64,000 nucleotides of DNA from Planctomycetota bacterium (lineage in GTDB: Bacteria > Planctomycetota > UBA8742 > UBA2392), in NCBI GenBank assembly GCA_020849795.1, contig JADZFR010000051.1:83821-147820 (forward strand). Direction: 5' to 3'. Positions 39,276 to 47,828 of the stretch are shown here, one piece after another. Under the pieces are notes generated by a model, which was not told the DNA's origin, made no database searches, and worked only from the letters and a program-made list of their open reading frames with translations. Within the stretch, counting starts at the first letter, position 1; each line of letters opens with the position of its first letter. The position numbers were made by a program, and so were the translations under genes.

Positions 39276-39962
39276 CTACGCAGGCGCCCCGTCAAGAATG
39301 CGCGAACAATGCGGGCAGCGCACGAACTCGGTGCGGGCCTTGGCGCGCATGATCAGTTGCATGTTGAGCTCACCGCTGCAGGCCGCGCAGAAGTCGGTGC
39401 TGGTGCGAACCAGCGCCGTGCCCGGGTGGCGTTGCGCGCTGTTGTCGTACACACGCAGAACTTCTTCAGGAATGTTGGCTGCAATCGCCTCGCGCTGCCG
39501 GTGCAGGTCGTCGATCACTTCCTGTTTTTCGCGGGCTGTGGCCTTTGCGCCCTCGCGCTCGATGGCTGCAATCTTGCGCTGGGCCTCAATTTCGGTATCG
39601 AGTTGCTTGACCTTGGCGCGCTGGGTATCGATGTCGCCCAGCAGGTTCAAGCCGTCCATTTCCAGCGTCTCAATGGCTTCGCGGTGCTTGGCGACTGCCG
39701 CCTCTGAGTCGGGCACTCCCTCGATCTGCTTGATTCGCGCATCCAGGCGCTTCAGTTCAGCTTCAAGCTCGCGATGCCTTACTTCCATGAGCTTGTAGGC
39801 GGCGTCGGCGTCGCCGCGCTGCTTCATCAGCCTGTCCACGCCGCGCTCGGTGCCTGACGCGCGCATATCTTCGCGAGCGATGAATTCGCGGGCTTGCAGG
39901 CTTGCGGCATCCAGCGCCTGAATCTGCCAAAGCAGGTCAAGGTATTCTGCGAAAGTCCTCAT
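39276..39962 (-). CDS. COG1579-type coiled-coil protein with C-terminal C4 zinc ribbon
   Basis: Long heptad-rich N-terminus. C-terminal 'CAACSGELN...CPHCSRIL' CxxC...CxxC ribbon. Confidence 0.7.
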   Translation of the reverse strand: MRTFAEYLDLLWQIQALDAASLQAREFIAREDMRASGTERGVDRLMKQRGDADAAYKLMEVRHRELEAELKRLDARIKQIEGVPDSEAAVAKHREAIETLEMDGLNLLGDIDTQRAKVKQLDTEIEAQRKIAAIEREGAKATAREKQEVIDDLHRQREAIAANIPEEVLRVYDNSAQRHPGTALVRTSTDFCAACSGELNMQLIMRAKARTEFVRCPHCSRILDGAPA

Positions 39963-39994
39963 GGCACCTTTCTAGCGGTTGCTTGCCGCCGATG

Positions 39995-40032
39995 ACAATG
40001 AAAAGGACCGGCGCTTGCCGGTCCTTCTTGTG
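39995..40032 (-). terminator. intrinsic terminator of rpoD
   Basis: On the minus strand GGACCGGC-aagc-GCCGGTCC is followed by TTTTCATTG. It lies 15-20 nt after the rpoD stop. Confidence 0.6.
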
Positions 40033-40043
40033 CATTTGCTTCG

Positions 40044-41999
40044 TTACTCGATGTCGTCATCGCCCGCTTCGAGCCCGCCAGCCGCTTCCAGCGCGTTCAG
40101 CAGGGCCGTTGCGCTTACGCCATCAAGGAAGCCCTCAAGCTTGCGCGACCGCACGGGGTGCTGCAACTTGCGGATCGCCTTGGCTTCAATCTGGCGTACG
40201 CGTTCACGGGTGACCTTGAAAATCTTGCCGACTTCTTCAAGCGTGTAGGTGTGGCCGTCGCCGATACCGTAGCGCAGGCGGATGATTTCGCGCTCGCGGT
40301 AGGTCAGGGTGTTCAGCACGCGGTCGATTTTGTCCTTGAGCATCTCCTGGCTTGCCACGCCCACCGGGTTGTCGGCGTTCTCGTCCTTGATGAAGTCGCC
40401 AAAGAAGCTGTCGTCGGAATCGCCGATCGGCCGGTCCAGGCTGATCGGGTGCTTGCTGATTTTCAGCACCCGCTTGGCTTCTTCGTAGCTGATCTCTGCC
40501 GCCGTGGCCAGTTCGCGCACACTGGGCTCGCGCCCCGTCTCCTGCATCAGGCGCTTGGCGACATTGCGCAGCTTGCTCATGGTTTCAATCATGTGCACCG
40601 GGATGCGAATGGTACGGGCCTGGTCGGCGATGCTGCGCGTGATCGCCTGGCGAATCCACCATGTCGCGTACGTGCTGAACTTGTAGCCACGACGGTACTC
40701 GTACTTCTCCACCGCTTTCATCAAGCCGGTGTTGCCCTCCTGGATCACGTCCAGGAAGCTCAGCCCGCGGTTGCGGTACTTCTTGGCGATGCTGACCACG
40801 AGACGCAGGTTGCCGCTGAACAGGCGCCGTTTGGCTTCTTCGTAGGCCTGGTAGCGGTTTTTCATTTCCTCGCAACGTTCGTGCAGTTCTTCGCGCGGCT
40901 CCATGGCCCGGCGCAGCAGCGTTTCGAGCTCTTCTTTCAACTGCTCGACGCGCTTGCGCGCCTCGGGCACTGCTGCCAGGCGCTCGATCTCGCGGTGCAG
41001 CCAGTTGGCTTTGCGGCTCACGCGCTCGATCTCGTCCATCATTGGCTTGATCTTCTTGGTCTGGATGTTCAGTTCTTCGAGCAGGATGACAGCCTTCTTC
41101 TGGCGCGAACGCACGCGCTGGAACGCCTTGTCGCGGTCTTTCTTGGCGGCTTTGCCGCACCAGAACAGCCAGTCTTCCTGGTTGTGGTGTACGAGGTGCT
41201 TGAGCGTGGTCAGGTTGTCGTTCAGACGCGCCGACATCTCTGACTTCGCCATTTCGAATTCACTGTTGAACTTCATGGTGCGGTCGAACGCCAGCTCACC
41301 GCGTTCGACTTCGCCAAGAATGCGGATGGCTTCGACTTGCGCGATATGGCTTTCGAGTACCCGCTTCTGGAAGCGCTTGCGGGTGACCTCAATCTTCTTG
41401 GCCAGCGCGATTTCTTCGTCGCGCGTAAGCAACGGAATCTCGCCCATCTGCTGCAAGTACGTGCGCACCGGGTCATCGATGCGGCCGTCTTCATCCACGG
41501 GCGGCTTGGGCTCGCTGTGGCGGCGATCCTTCTTGTCCTTGACGCGATACTCAGGGCTGTCCTCGACCACCTCGATCTTGAGCTCGTCCAGGCGCATCAA
41601 AATCTGGTCAAGACGCTCAGGGCTCACGACGTCGCCGGGCAGTGCCTCGTTCATTTCGTCGTAGGTGATGTAGCCGCGGTCTCGGCCCATCTTGATCAGC
41701 TTGCGAATCTGGTCGTCCACCTCGGGCTGCGACAGCACGTGCGTGGTCGGCAGCAGGTTCGCGGTTTCGGTGGGAACGATCGTGGTGGTGCCGGCAGCGG
41801 TCTTCTGGAAGCCCGCCACGGGCTTGATCATCTTCTTCTCAACCTCTTCTTTACTTGGCAGGTTGGGCAGCACGCGCGTCAGCGTCGCCGTGTCGCGGCG
41901 CTTCAGCGGCTGGGCCGGCGCCTTGGGTTTGGGTCCCTTGCGGGCCGCCGTCTGGCTTGGAAGCTTGATGGTACTTTCGCCGTTGTTCTTGTTGCTCAT
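40044..41999 (-). CDS. rpoD: RNA polymerase primary sigma factor (sigma-70)
   Basis: Regions 1.2 to 4.2 are conserved, for example '[56 protein letters not shown]' and '[27 protein letters not shown]'. Confidence 0.95.
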   Translation of the reverse strand: MSNKNNGESTIKLPSQTAARKGPKPKAPAQPLKRRDTATLTRVLPNLPSKEEVEKKMIKPVAGFQKTAAGTTTIVPTETANLLPTTHVLSQPEVDDQIRKLIKMGRDRGYITYDEMNEALPGDVVSPERLDQILMRLDELKIEVVEDSPEYRVKDKKDRRHSEPKPPVDEDGRIDDPVRTYLQQMGEIPLLTRDEEIALAKKIEVTRKRFQKRVLESHIAQVEAIRILGEVERGELAFDRTMKFNSEFEMAKSEMSARLNDNLTTLKHLVHHNQEDWLFWCGKAAKKDRDKAFQRVRSRQKKAVILLEELNIQTKKIKPMMDEIERVSRKANWLHREIERLAAVPEARKRVEQLKEELETLLRRAMEPREELHERCEEMKNRYQAYEEAKRRLFSGNLRLVVSIAKKYRNRGLSFLDVIQEGNTGLMKAVEKYEYRRGYKFSTYATWWIRQAITRSIADQARTIRIPVHMIETMSKLRNVAKRLMQETGREPSVRELATAAEISYEEAKRVLKISKHPISLDRPIGDSDDSFFGDFIKDENADNPVGVASQEMLKDKIDRVLNTLTYREREIIRLRYGIGDGHTYTLEEVGKIFKVTRERVRQIEAKAIRKLQHPVRSRKLEGFLDGVSATALLNALEAAGGLEAGDDDIE

Positions 42000-42106
42000 T
42001 TCCGTCCTTGTGCCCGCTGGTCGGCCAGTTACGGCCGCTGGTGAATCATGTCCGTCCCATGTGCTTAACGAACGGGGTTTCCAAACCCTGTCCGTTTAAT
42101 GCCTCT

Positions 42107-43864
42107 TCAGGCCGTTCTGGGGCCTTTTCTGCCTTTTCTTTGACGCAAATCGGCCAAACTCTGTCCGCCGCCGGTCTGTATTTCCGCGTGTTCGGCAAGG
42201 GTTTGCAGCTCCTTAACCAGTCGCGCCTCTTGTTCCGTGTCCGTGCCGGGGCTCGCACTCTGATTTTCGGGCAAACTTACATGCTCCAGCACCCTCTCAA
42301 GCTCAGGTCGTGCCTCTGCCGGCAACTGCGCCAGCAGCGCACCGGGGATCAGCTCGCCGTGTTCTTCCCACGCGTTGAGCATTTCCCGGTACAGCGCCTG
42401 CAAACCCGGTGTGGAAAACGCGTCCGGATACACAATTTCGCCCGCCCTGGAAAGGGCGTTGGGGTGCTCAAATAACTTTCTTAGCACTTCGCGCTCATAC
42501 GCCTGCCGTGCGTCGCCAAGCGCAACCCTGGCCGCCGGCGCCTTGTCGGCCCGCTGCGCCTGCTGCGCATGCCGGGCATGGGCCGCGCCCACCGCCTGAA
42601 ACACCGCTCCCTCGCGCAGCCCCAGCGCCACGGCAACCTTGCGGCTGTACAACTCGCGCAGGCTGTCGCTTTCGGCCCGCCCGATGGTTTCAGCCAGCTC
42701 TCGCAACGCCGACTCGGCTTCCACGGGGCGGGAAAGGTCGTAACGGCGCCTCACCACATCAAGTTTAAACTCAAAGGCGTCACGGCTCTTGTCGAGAATC
42801 ACCTGCAGCCCTGCCGGGCCCTGCGACCGCAACAAGTCAAATGGGTCCTTGGCGCCTTCAACCACCGCAACTTTCGCGTCGATCCCGGCTTCCAGGCACA
42901 CATTCACCCCGCGCTCGGCGGCGGTCAAGCCGGCTTCGTCGCCGTCCAGCACCAGCGTCACGCCGGCGCCATAACGACGCACAAGGGCAAGCTGCTCAAG
43001 CGTCAGCGCCGTGCCCAGCGGCGCCAGCGCGTTGTCGAACCCGGCTTCGTGGGCGGCGATCACGTCGGTATAACCTTCCATGATCAGCACGCGGCCCGAG
43101 TGCTTCAGCATCTGCGACTGCGCCAGGCGGTCCATGCCGTACAGCAGTTTGGACTTGTGAAACAGCAGGCCCTCCGCGCTGTTCACGTACTTCTGGGCTT
43201 TGGCGTCCGGGTCAAGCAGGCGCGCGCCGAACCCGACAATGCGCGATTGCGCATCGCGAATCGGAAACGTCACCCGGCCCCGAAAGAAGTCGTACCAGCC
43301 GCGTTCGTTGCGTTTGCACAGGCCCGTAGCTTCGACGGTCTCGGCGTCGAACTTTTTCAGGGCCGCGTCGGACTGTCGATGATACTCGTCGGGGGCGTAG
43401 CCGATGCCCCAGCGCTCGGCCACATCGCCGCCCAGGCCCCGCGATTCAAGGTATTGGCGCGCAGGCTCATGACGCTCAAGATTGGAAACAAAGCCACGTT
43501 GGGCCCACAGCATCATGTCAAGCGCCCTGGCGCGCAGGCTGCGATCTGCCTGGGTGGGCCCGCCGGCGTCGAAGCGCAGGGTTATGTTGGCGCGGTCGGC
43601 GAGCTTCTCGATGGTCTCGACAAAATCCAGCTTCTCGTGCTTCATCACAAAGTCGATCACGCTGCCAAACTCGCCGCAGCCGAAGCACTTGTAAGTCTGG
43701 CGCACCTGGTGCACGGTAAACGAAGGTGTCTTCTCGTCATGGAAGGGACAGCAAGCCCAGAACGACGCGCCCCGTTTCTGGAGCGGAAGGTAGCTTGCAA
43801 TCACTTCGACGATGTCGTTGGTCCTGCGGACCTCTTCGATACTGTCGCGCGAAATGCGTCCCAA
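42107..43864 (-). CDS. dnaG: DNA primase
   Basis: Zinc-ribbon 'CCPFHDEKTPSFTV...CFGCG'. TOPRIM 'LIMEGYTDVIAAHEAG...LDGDEAG'. The classic dnaG-rpoD arrangement is present. Confidence 0.9.
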   Translation of the reverse strand: MGRISRDSIEEVRRTNDIVEVIASYLPLQKRGASFWACCPFHDEKTPSFTVHQVRQTYKCFGCGEFGSVIDFVMKHEKLDFVETIEKLADRANITLRFDAGGPTQADRSLRARALDMMLWAQRGFVSNLERHEPARQYLESRGLGGDVAERWGIGYAPDEYHRQSDAALKKFDAETVEATGLCKRNERGWYDFFRGRVTFPIRDAQSRIVGFGARLLDPDAKAQKYVNSAEGLLFHKSKLLYGMDRLAQSQMLKHSGRVLIMEGYTDVIAAHEAGFDNALAPLGTALTLEQLALVRRYGAGVTLVLDGDEAGLTAAERGVNVCLEAGIDAKVAVVEGAKDPFDLLRSQGPAGLQVILDKSRDAFEFKLDVVRRRYDLSRPVEAESALRELAETIGRAESDSLRELYSRKVAVALGLREGAVFQAVGAAHARHAQQAQRADKAPAARVALGDARQAYEREVLRKLFEHPNALSRAGEIVYPDAFSTPGLQALYREMLNAWEEHGELIPGALLAQLPAEARPELERVLEHVSLPENQSASPGTDTEQEARLVKELQTLAEHAEIQTGGGQSLADLRQRKGRKGPRTA

Positions 43865-44095
43865 CGCGGCGTTCTCCGGCTCAAGAGGGCCAAACCCGGG
43901 GGGCTTGCGAAAGCAAACGCAAGCCGGACCCTTGACTGCCGAATTGGCAGTTACTGAAAACTATGTTGGAACCGTACCACGCGGATGGGTGATCGTCAAA
44001 CGGCACTTGACAAGAGTTTGCGGTCACCAATGTTTGTAAATGTAGGATTGACAGATATTTAGCGACGATTCCAAAGACGACTGGCAGCCTATGCT

Positions 44096-44123
44096 TGAAT
44101 CGGAAACATTCATCCCTACACTG
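44096..44123 (+). promoter_or_regulatory. putative sigma-70 promoter for tRNA-Glu
   Basis: TTGAAT-N16-TACACT about 40 nt upstream of the tRNA, in an AT-rich intergenic stretch. Confidence 0.35.
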
Positions 44124-44162
44124 TGCCGCTCAAAACTCGACGGAGTGAAGCCATTCCGCCGC

Positions 44163-44239
44163 GCCCCTATCGTCTAGCTGGCCTAGGACGAGGCCCTCTC
44201 AAGGCCTAGACACGGGTTCGAATCCCGTTAGGGGTACCA
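44163..44239 (+). tRNA. tRNA-Glu (anticodon CUC)
   Basis: The cloverleaf was read by eye: acceptor GCCCCTA/TAGGGGT with a G1-U72 wobble, D-arm GTC-TAGCTGGCCT-AGGAC, anticodon stem GGCCC/GGGCC around loop CTCTCAA, T-arm ACGGG-TTCGAAT-CCCGT, encoded CCA. It is nearly collinear with E. coli tRNA-Glu. Confidence 0.85.
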
Positions 44240-44344
44240 CCTGAATTGCGCGGGCTGCTTAGCGGCAGCCCGCGCTTGTGTTTCGCCCCATCGAGGGCGC
44301 GGCGGGCATCTGTTTTGTAGAACCGCGGCCTGTAGATTGCAGGT

Positions 44345-45295
44345 ATGACCACACTCGAAGACATTCGTGCTGCCGCGAGGCGTATAGCGGGCGTGGCGCA
44401 TGTTACGCCTGTGCACACCTCGCGCAGTGTGAACGAGCATGTGGGCGCTGAGGTCTTCTTCAAGTGCGAGAACTTTCAGCGCGTGGGCGCCTTCAAGTTT
44501 CGCGGCGCTTACAACGCCCTTTCGCAACTTTCACCTGAGCAGCGCAAGGGCGGCGTACTGACCTACAGCTCGGGGAACCACGCCCAGGCCGTTGCGCTGG
44601 CCGGCAAGCTGCTTGGCATTGCCACCCTGATCGTGATGCCCGACGACTCGCCTGAAATCAAGCAACGCGCCACGCGCGGCTATGGCGCCGAGATCGTTCT
44701 GTACAACAAGCGCGAGCGCACACGCGAAGAACTGGGCGGCAAACTCGCGCGCGAACGCGGCATGACCATCATCCCGCCCTACGACCACGCCGACATCATC
44801 GCGGGGCAGGGTACGTGCGCGCTTGAACTGCATGAGCAGGCCCCGGGCCTGGATGTGCTGCTGGCCCCCTGCGGCGGCGGCGGGTTGCTCAGCGGCTGCG
44901 CCGTGGCGACCAAGGCACTCAACCCGGCATGCGAGGTGATTGGCGTAGAACCAGCGACCGCGGACGACGCCACACGCAGCTTCAAGAAAGGCGAGTTGCA
45001 GACCGTACTGAACCCGCCGACCATCGCTGACGGCGCGCGCACGCCGTCGCTGGGCGAACTGACATTCCCGCTGCTGCTTGAGTATGTAGACGAGATGGTC
45101 ACCGTGCCCGACACCAGCATCGTCGCGGCCATGCGTTTTCTATGGGAGCGCATGAAGCTGGTCGTGGAACCGACGGGTGCGCTGGCCTATGCCGCCATCC
45201 ACAGCAGCAAGCTCAAACGCAAGGGCAAGCGCATCGGGGTCATCATCAGCGGCGGAAACGTCGATATCGCCGGGGTAGCCAAGCTGTTCACCTGA
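44345..45295 (+). CDS. PLP-dependent threonine/serine dehydratase family enzyme (threonine ammonia-lyase or serine racemase-like)
   Basis: PLP-lysine motif 'FFKCENFQRVGAFKFRGA', 'SSGNHAQAVA' and a glycine loop 'CGGGGLLSG'. The length of about 316 aa matches the short catabolic or racemase-like class. Confidence 0.8.
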   Translation: MTTLEDIRAAARRIAGVAHVTPVHTSRSVNEHVGAEVFFKCENFQRVGAFKFRGAYNALSQLSPEQRKGGVLTYSSGNHAQAVALAGKLLGIATLIVMPDDSPEIKQRATRGYGAEIVLYNKRERTREELGGKLARERGMTIIPPYDHADIIAGQGTCALELHEQAPGLDVLLAPCGGGGLLSGCAVATKALNPACEVIGVEPATADDATRSFKKGELQTVLNPPTIADGARTPSLGELTFPLLLEYVDEMVTVPDTSIVAAMRFLWERMKLVVEPTGALAYAAIHSSKLKRKGKRIGVIISGGNVDIAGVAKLFT

Positions 45296-45302
45296 TCGGC
45301 GA

Positions 45303-47726
45303 TCAACCGCCGCGGCGCTGCACCTCGAACTCCATGTCTTTGCGCTCGGCTTCATCGATGCCGCTGGTTGCCCACTGTTCAAGCCAGAATCGCGCCAGGC
45401 CCAGCCGGTTACGGTCAAGGGCAATGCGCGCCAGCGCCCGGCAGGCATGGGCCTTCAAGGCCTTGGCTTCTTTGCTGTTGACGTCGATGGCCAGGACAGC
45501 CTGTGCGCGGCCGAATGCTTCGCCCAGCAACCGCTCAGCATACAGCGTGTCGTTCGCGGCTTTCTCGACCAGGCCATTGCCTTCTTCGAGCAGGCCTGCA
45601 ATCAGCGCTGCGCGCGATTCTTCCTTCAGCGTGGCAAGGCGCATTTCACGGATCTTCTCGGCGAAAGCTGCCACGTTCTCGATGCCCTTGTTGGCACGCT
45701 CGTCTGACTCATCGACGGCCAGCACCTTCTGGAACAGCTGCTTCGCTTCGTCGAGCTTGGCCTCAGCCTCGGAGAACTCGTTGGCCTTGGCGTGTGCCTC
45801 CCACTTGGCAAGTTCGACCTCGGCGGTGTCGTTCAAGCCAAGCACCCGCTGCTCGTCCAGCTTCTTCATGTACCAGAGCGTTCCGAGAATGCCGCCCACT
45901 ACCAGCGCAATCGTCAGCAGCACGCCCGCAACTTCCTTCTTGTTGCGGCCGATCCACTTCATCATCAGGCGCAGCGGCGAGTAATCCACCGAGCCCATGG
46001 CCCGGCCCTCGGTGAAGTTGCGCACGTTTTCGGCCAGTTCTTTGACCGACTTCGGCCGCGCTTCCAGCTCTTTCTCAAGGCACAGCAGCGCGAGTCGTTC
46101 AAGCTCGGCCGGGATCTCCAGTTCGGGGTTGCGCTGGCTGGGCTTGACAGGCGTCATCTCGCGCACCTGTTCAAGCACCTCGTCGCTGGATTTACCGGTC
46201 CACGGCGAGCGCAGGCACAGCATTTCGTACAGAATCACGCCCATGCTGAAGATGTCAGTCGGCGGGCCGATCGCATCCAGATCGCCCCTGGCCTGCTCGG
46301 GCGACATGTAGCTCGGTGTGCCGATAACGCTGCCCATCATGGTGTGCACAGCGCCGTGGTCCAGCCGGTCTGTCATCACGATGCCGCTGTCCGTGTCGCT
46401 GACAAACTCGCGGCCGACGACCTTGGCGACACCCCAGTCCATGACCTGCACTTCACCGAACTTTCCCACCATGACGTTGGCCGGCTTTAAGTCACGGTGG
46501 ATGACGCCGCGGTTGTGCGCAAAGCTCATGCCTTCGCAGATCTTGATGAAGATGTCGAGCAGCTTCAGCAGCGGGTACTCGCGGCGCACGTCGCGGTTGC
46601 CTTCGCGCAATTTCAGCAGGATTTCGGCAAGGCTGAGGCCTTCCACGTACTTCATGGTGAAGTACAGGTTGCCGGCGCCATCGACGCCCATTTCGTGCAC
46701 CGGCACGATGTTCGGATGTTCAAGCTGGCCCGTGATCTGGGCTTCTTCCAGGAAGCGTTCCACCACGTCGCGCCGGCCCAGCAGCTCTTTTCGCAGCACC
46801 TTCAAGGCCACACTGCGGCGCAACTCTGTGTCTTCAACCTCAAGCACCTTGCCCATGCCGCCGCGCGCGATTTCGCGCACGACCACATAGCGCTTGCGGT
46901 CAGCCGTCGCGTCGGGCTGAAACTGGGCCAGCGACGATTGCATCTTGTCGCTGATCAGCTTCACGCCATCGCCAAGCTCCATCTGTTCGCGCACTTGCGC
47001 GATGGTCATGTTGCTGCCCGCGATAATCGTGCCGGCAGGGACCTCTTTGCCCACGTCGCCGACCGCGTCGCTGTCATCGTGCAGCGACCAGCCGGCGCCC
47101 TTGCTGCCCGTGGCGCTGCGATTGGTGGTCTTGCGATTGGTGGTGCTGCGGCTGTCCTCGACGTTGCTGGTGTGCTTGTCTGTCGCCCGCTTGGTGCCGC
47201 CGTCATTGAGCTGGCGTGTCGTGGGCTCTTTGGGCCCGGCGGGCGGCGCATCGGGCACCTGCCGCGTAGGCTTTTGCTCGGCGCGCTGTTCTACTTGCTG
47301 GCTTGTGTGCTGACTGGTTTTGCGATCCGTGACCTGGGGCTTGGGCGCCTTGACCGTTGGTGCCTCGTCGGTCCAGTCTGAGTCGGGCGCCAGCGTGTTC
47401 ATGCCGATGTCGTCGCTATCGTCGCTGATGGCGATCACGCCTGAGCGTGGCACCTGCTGGCGCCAGTTGGGCGCTTCGACGGCAGTCATGTCCGGCGCCG
47501 GGCCTGAGCTGCCATTGCTGCTGAAAATCTCGAACAGTTGCTCACCCTGCTCGCGCGTGAAGTGGCCCTTGCGGATCACAAACGCCGACATGGTGAGATT
47601 CTTCTCGAGTGATTTCTTGCGTTTGAACTCGGTACGCAGGCTCTCGGCCTCGAGGGCCGACAGGTAGTTCCTGTTCTCGAGGTACGTCAGGAACTCGTCG
47701 TCAGTGTTCTTTACAGGACTGGCCAT
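45303..47726 (-). CDS. Membrane-anchored Hanks-type Ser/Thr protein kinase with a long N-terminal region and an extracytoplasmic TPR-like C-terminal domain.
   Basis: Kinase subdomains 'IARGGMGKV', 'VALKVL', 'HRDLKPANVMV', 'DWGVAK' and 'GTPSYMSPEQ'. A TM helix 'VAGVLLTIALVVGGILGTLWY' follows, then a helical repeat C-terminus. Confidence 0.85.
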   Translation of the reverse strand: MASPVKNTDDEFLTYLENRNYLSALEAESLRTEFKRKKSLEKNLTMSAFVIRKGHFTREQGEQLFEIFSSNGSSGPAPDMTAVEAPNWRQQVPRSGVIAISDDSDDIGMNTLAPDSDWTDEAPTVKAPKPQVTDRKTSQHTSQQVEQRAEQKPTRQVPDAPPAGPKEPTTRQLNDGGTKRATDKHTSNVEDSRSTTNRKTTNRSATGSKGAGWSLHDDSDAVGDVGKEVPAGTIIAGSNMTIAQVREQMELGDGVKLISDKMQSSLAQFQPDATADRKRYVVVREIARGGMGKVLEVEDTELRRSVALKVLRKELLGRRDVVERFLEEAQITGQLEHPNIVPVHEMGVDGAGNLYFTMKYVEGLSLAEILLKLREGNRDVRREYPLLKLLDIFIKICEGMSFAHNRGVIHRDLKPANVMVGKFGEVQVMDWGVAKVVGREFVSDTDSGIVMTDRLDHGAVHTMMGSVIGTPSYMSPEQARGDLDAIGPPTDIFSMGVILYEMLCLRSPWTGKSSDEVLEQVREMTPVKPSQRNPELEIPAELERLALLCLEKELEARPKSVKELAENVRNFTEGRAMGSVDYSPLRLMMKWIGRNKKEVAGVLLTIALVVGGILGTLWYMKKLDEQRVLGLNDTAEVELAKWEAHAKANEFSEAEAKLDEAKQLFQKVLAVDESDERANKGIENVAAFAEKIREMRLATLKEESRAALIAGLLEEGNGLVEKAANDTLYAERLLGEAFGRAQAVLAIDVNSKEAKALKAHACRALARIALDRNRLGLARFWLEQWATSGIDEAERKDMEFEVQRRGG

Positions 47727-47828
47727 TCGTGTCTGCCCGTTACCACCTGTAGTTGCGCGAAATCATACACACCGGTGCATTGCACAGAGTAGACAAAAGT
47801 TCCACATCTGACCAACTGCCTGCCCGTG

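Noticed and set aside
40158-41243. 361-aa plus-strand ORF
   Set aside because: It is antisense to rpoD. The same applies to 42569..43957, which is antisense to dnaG.
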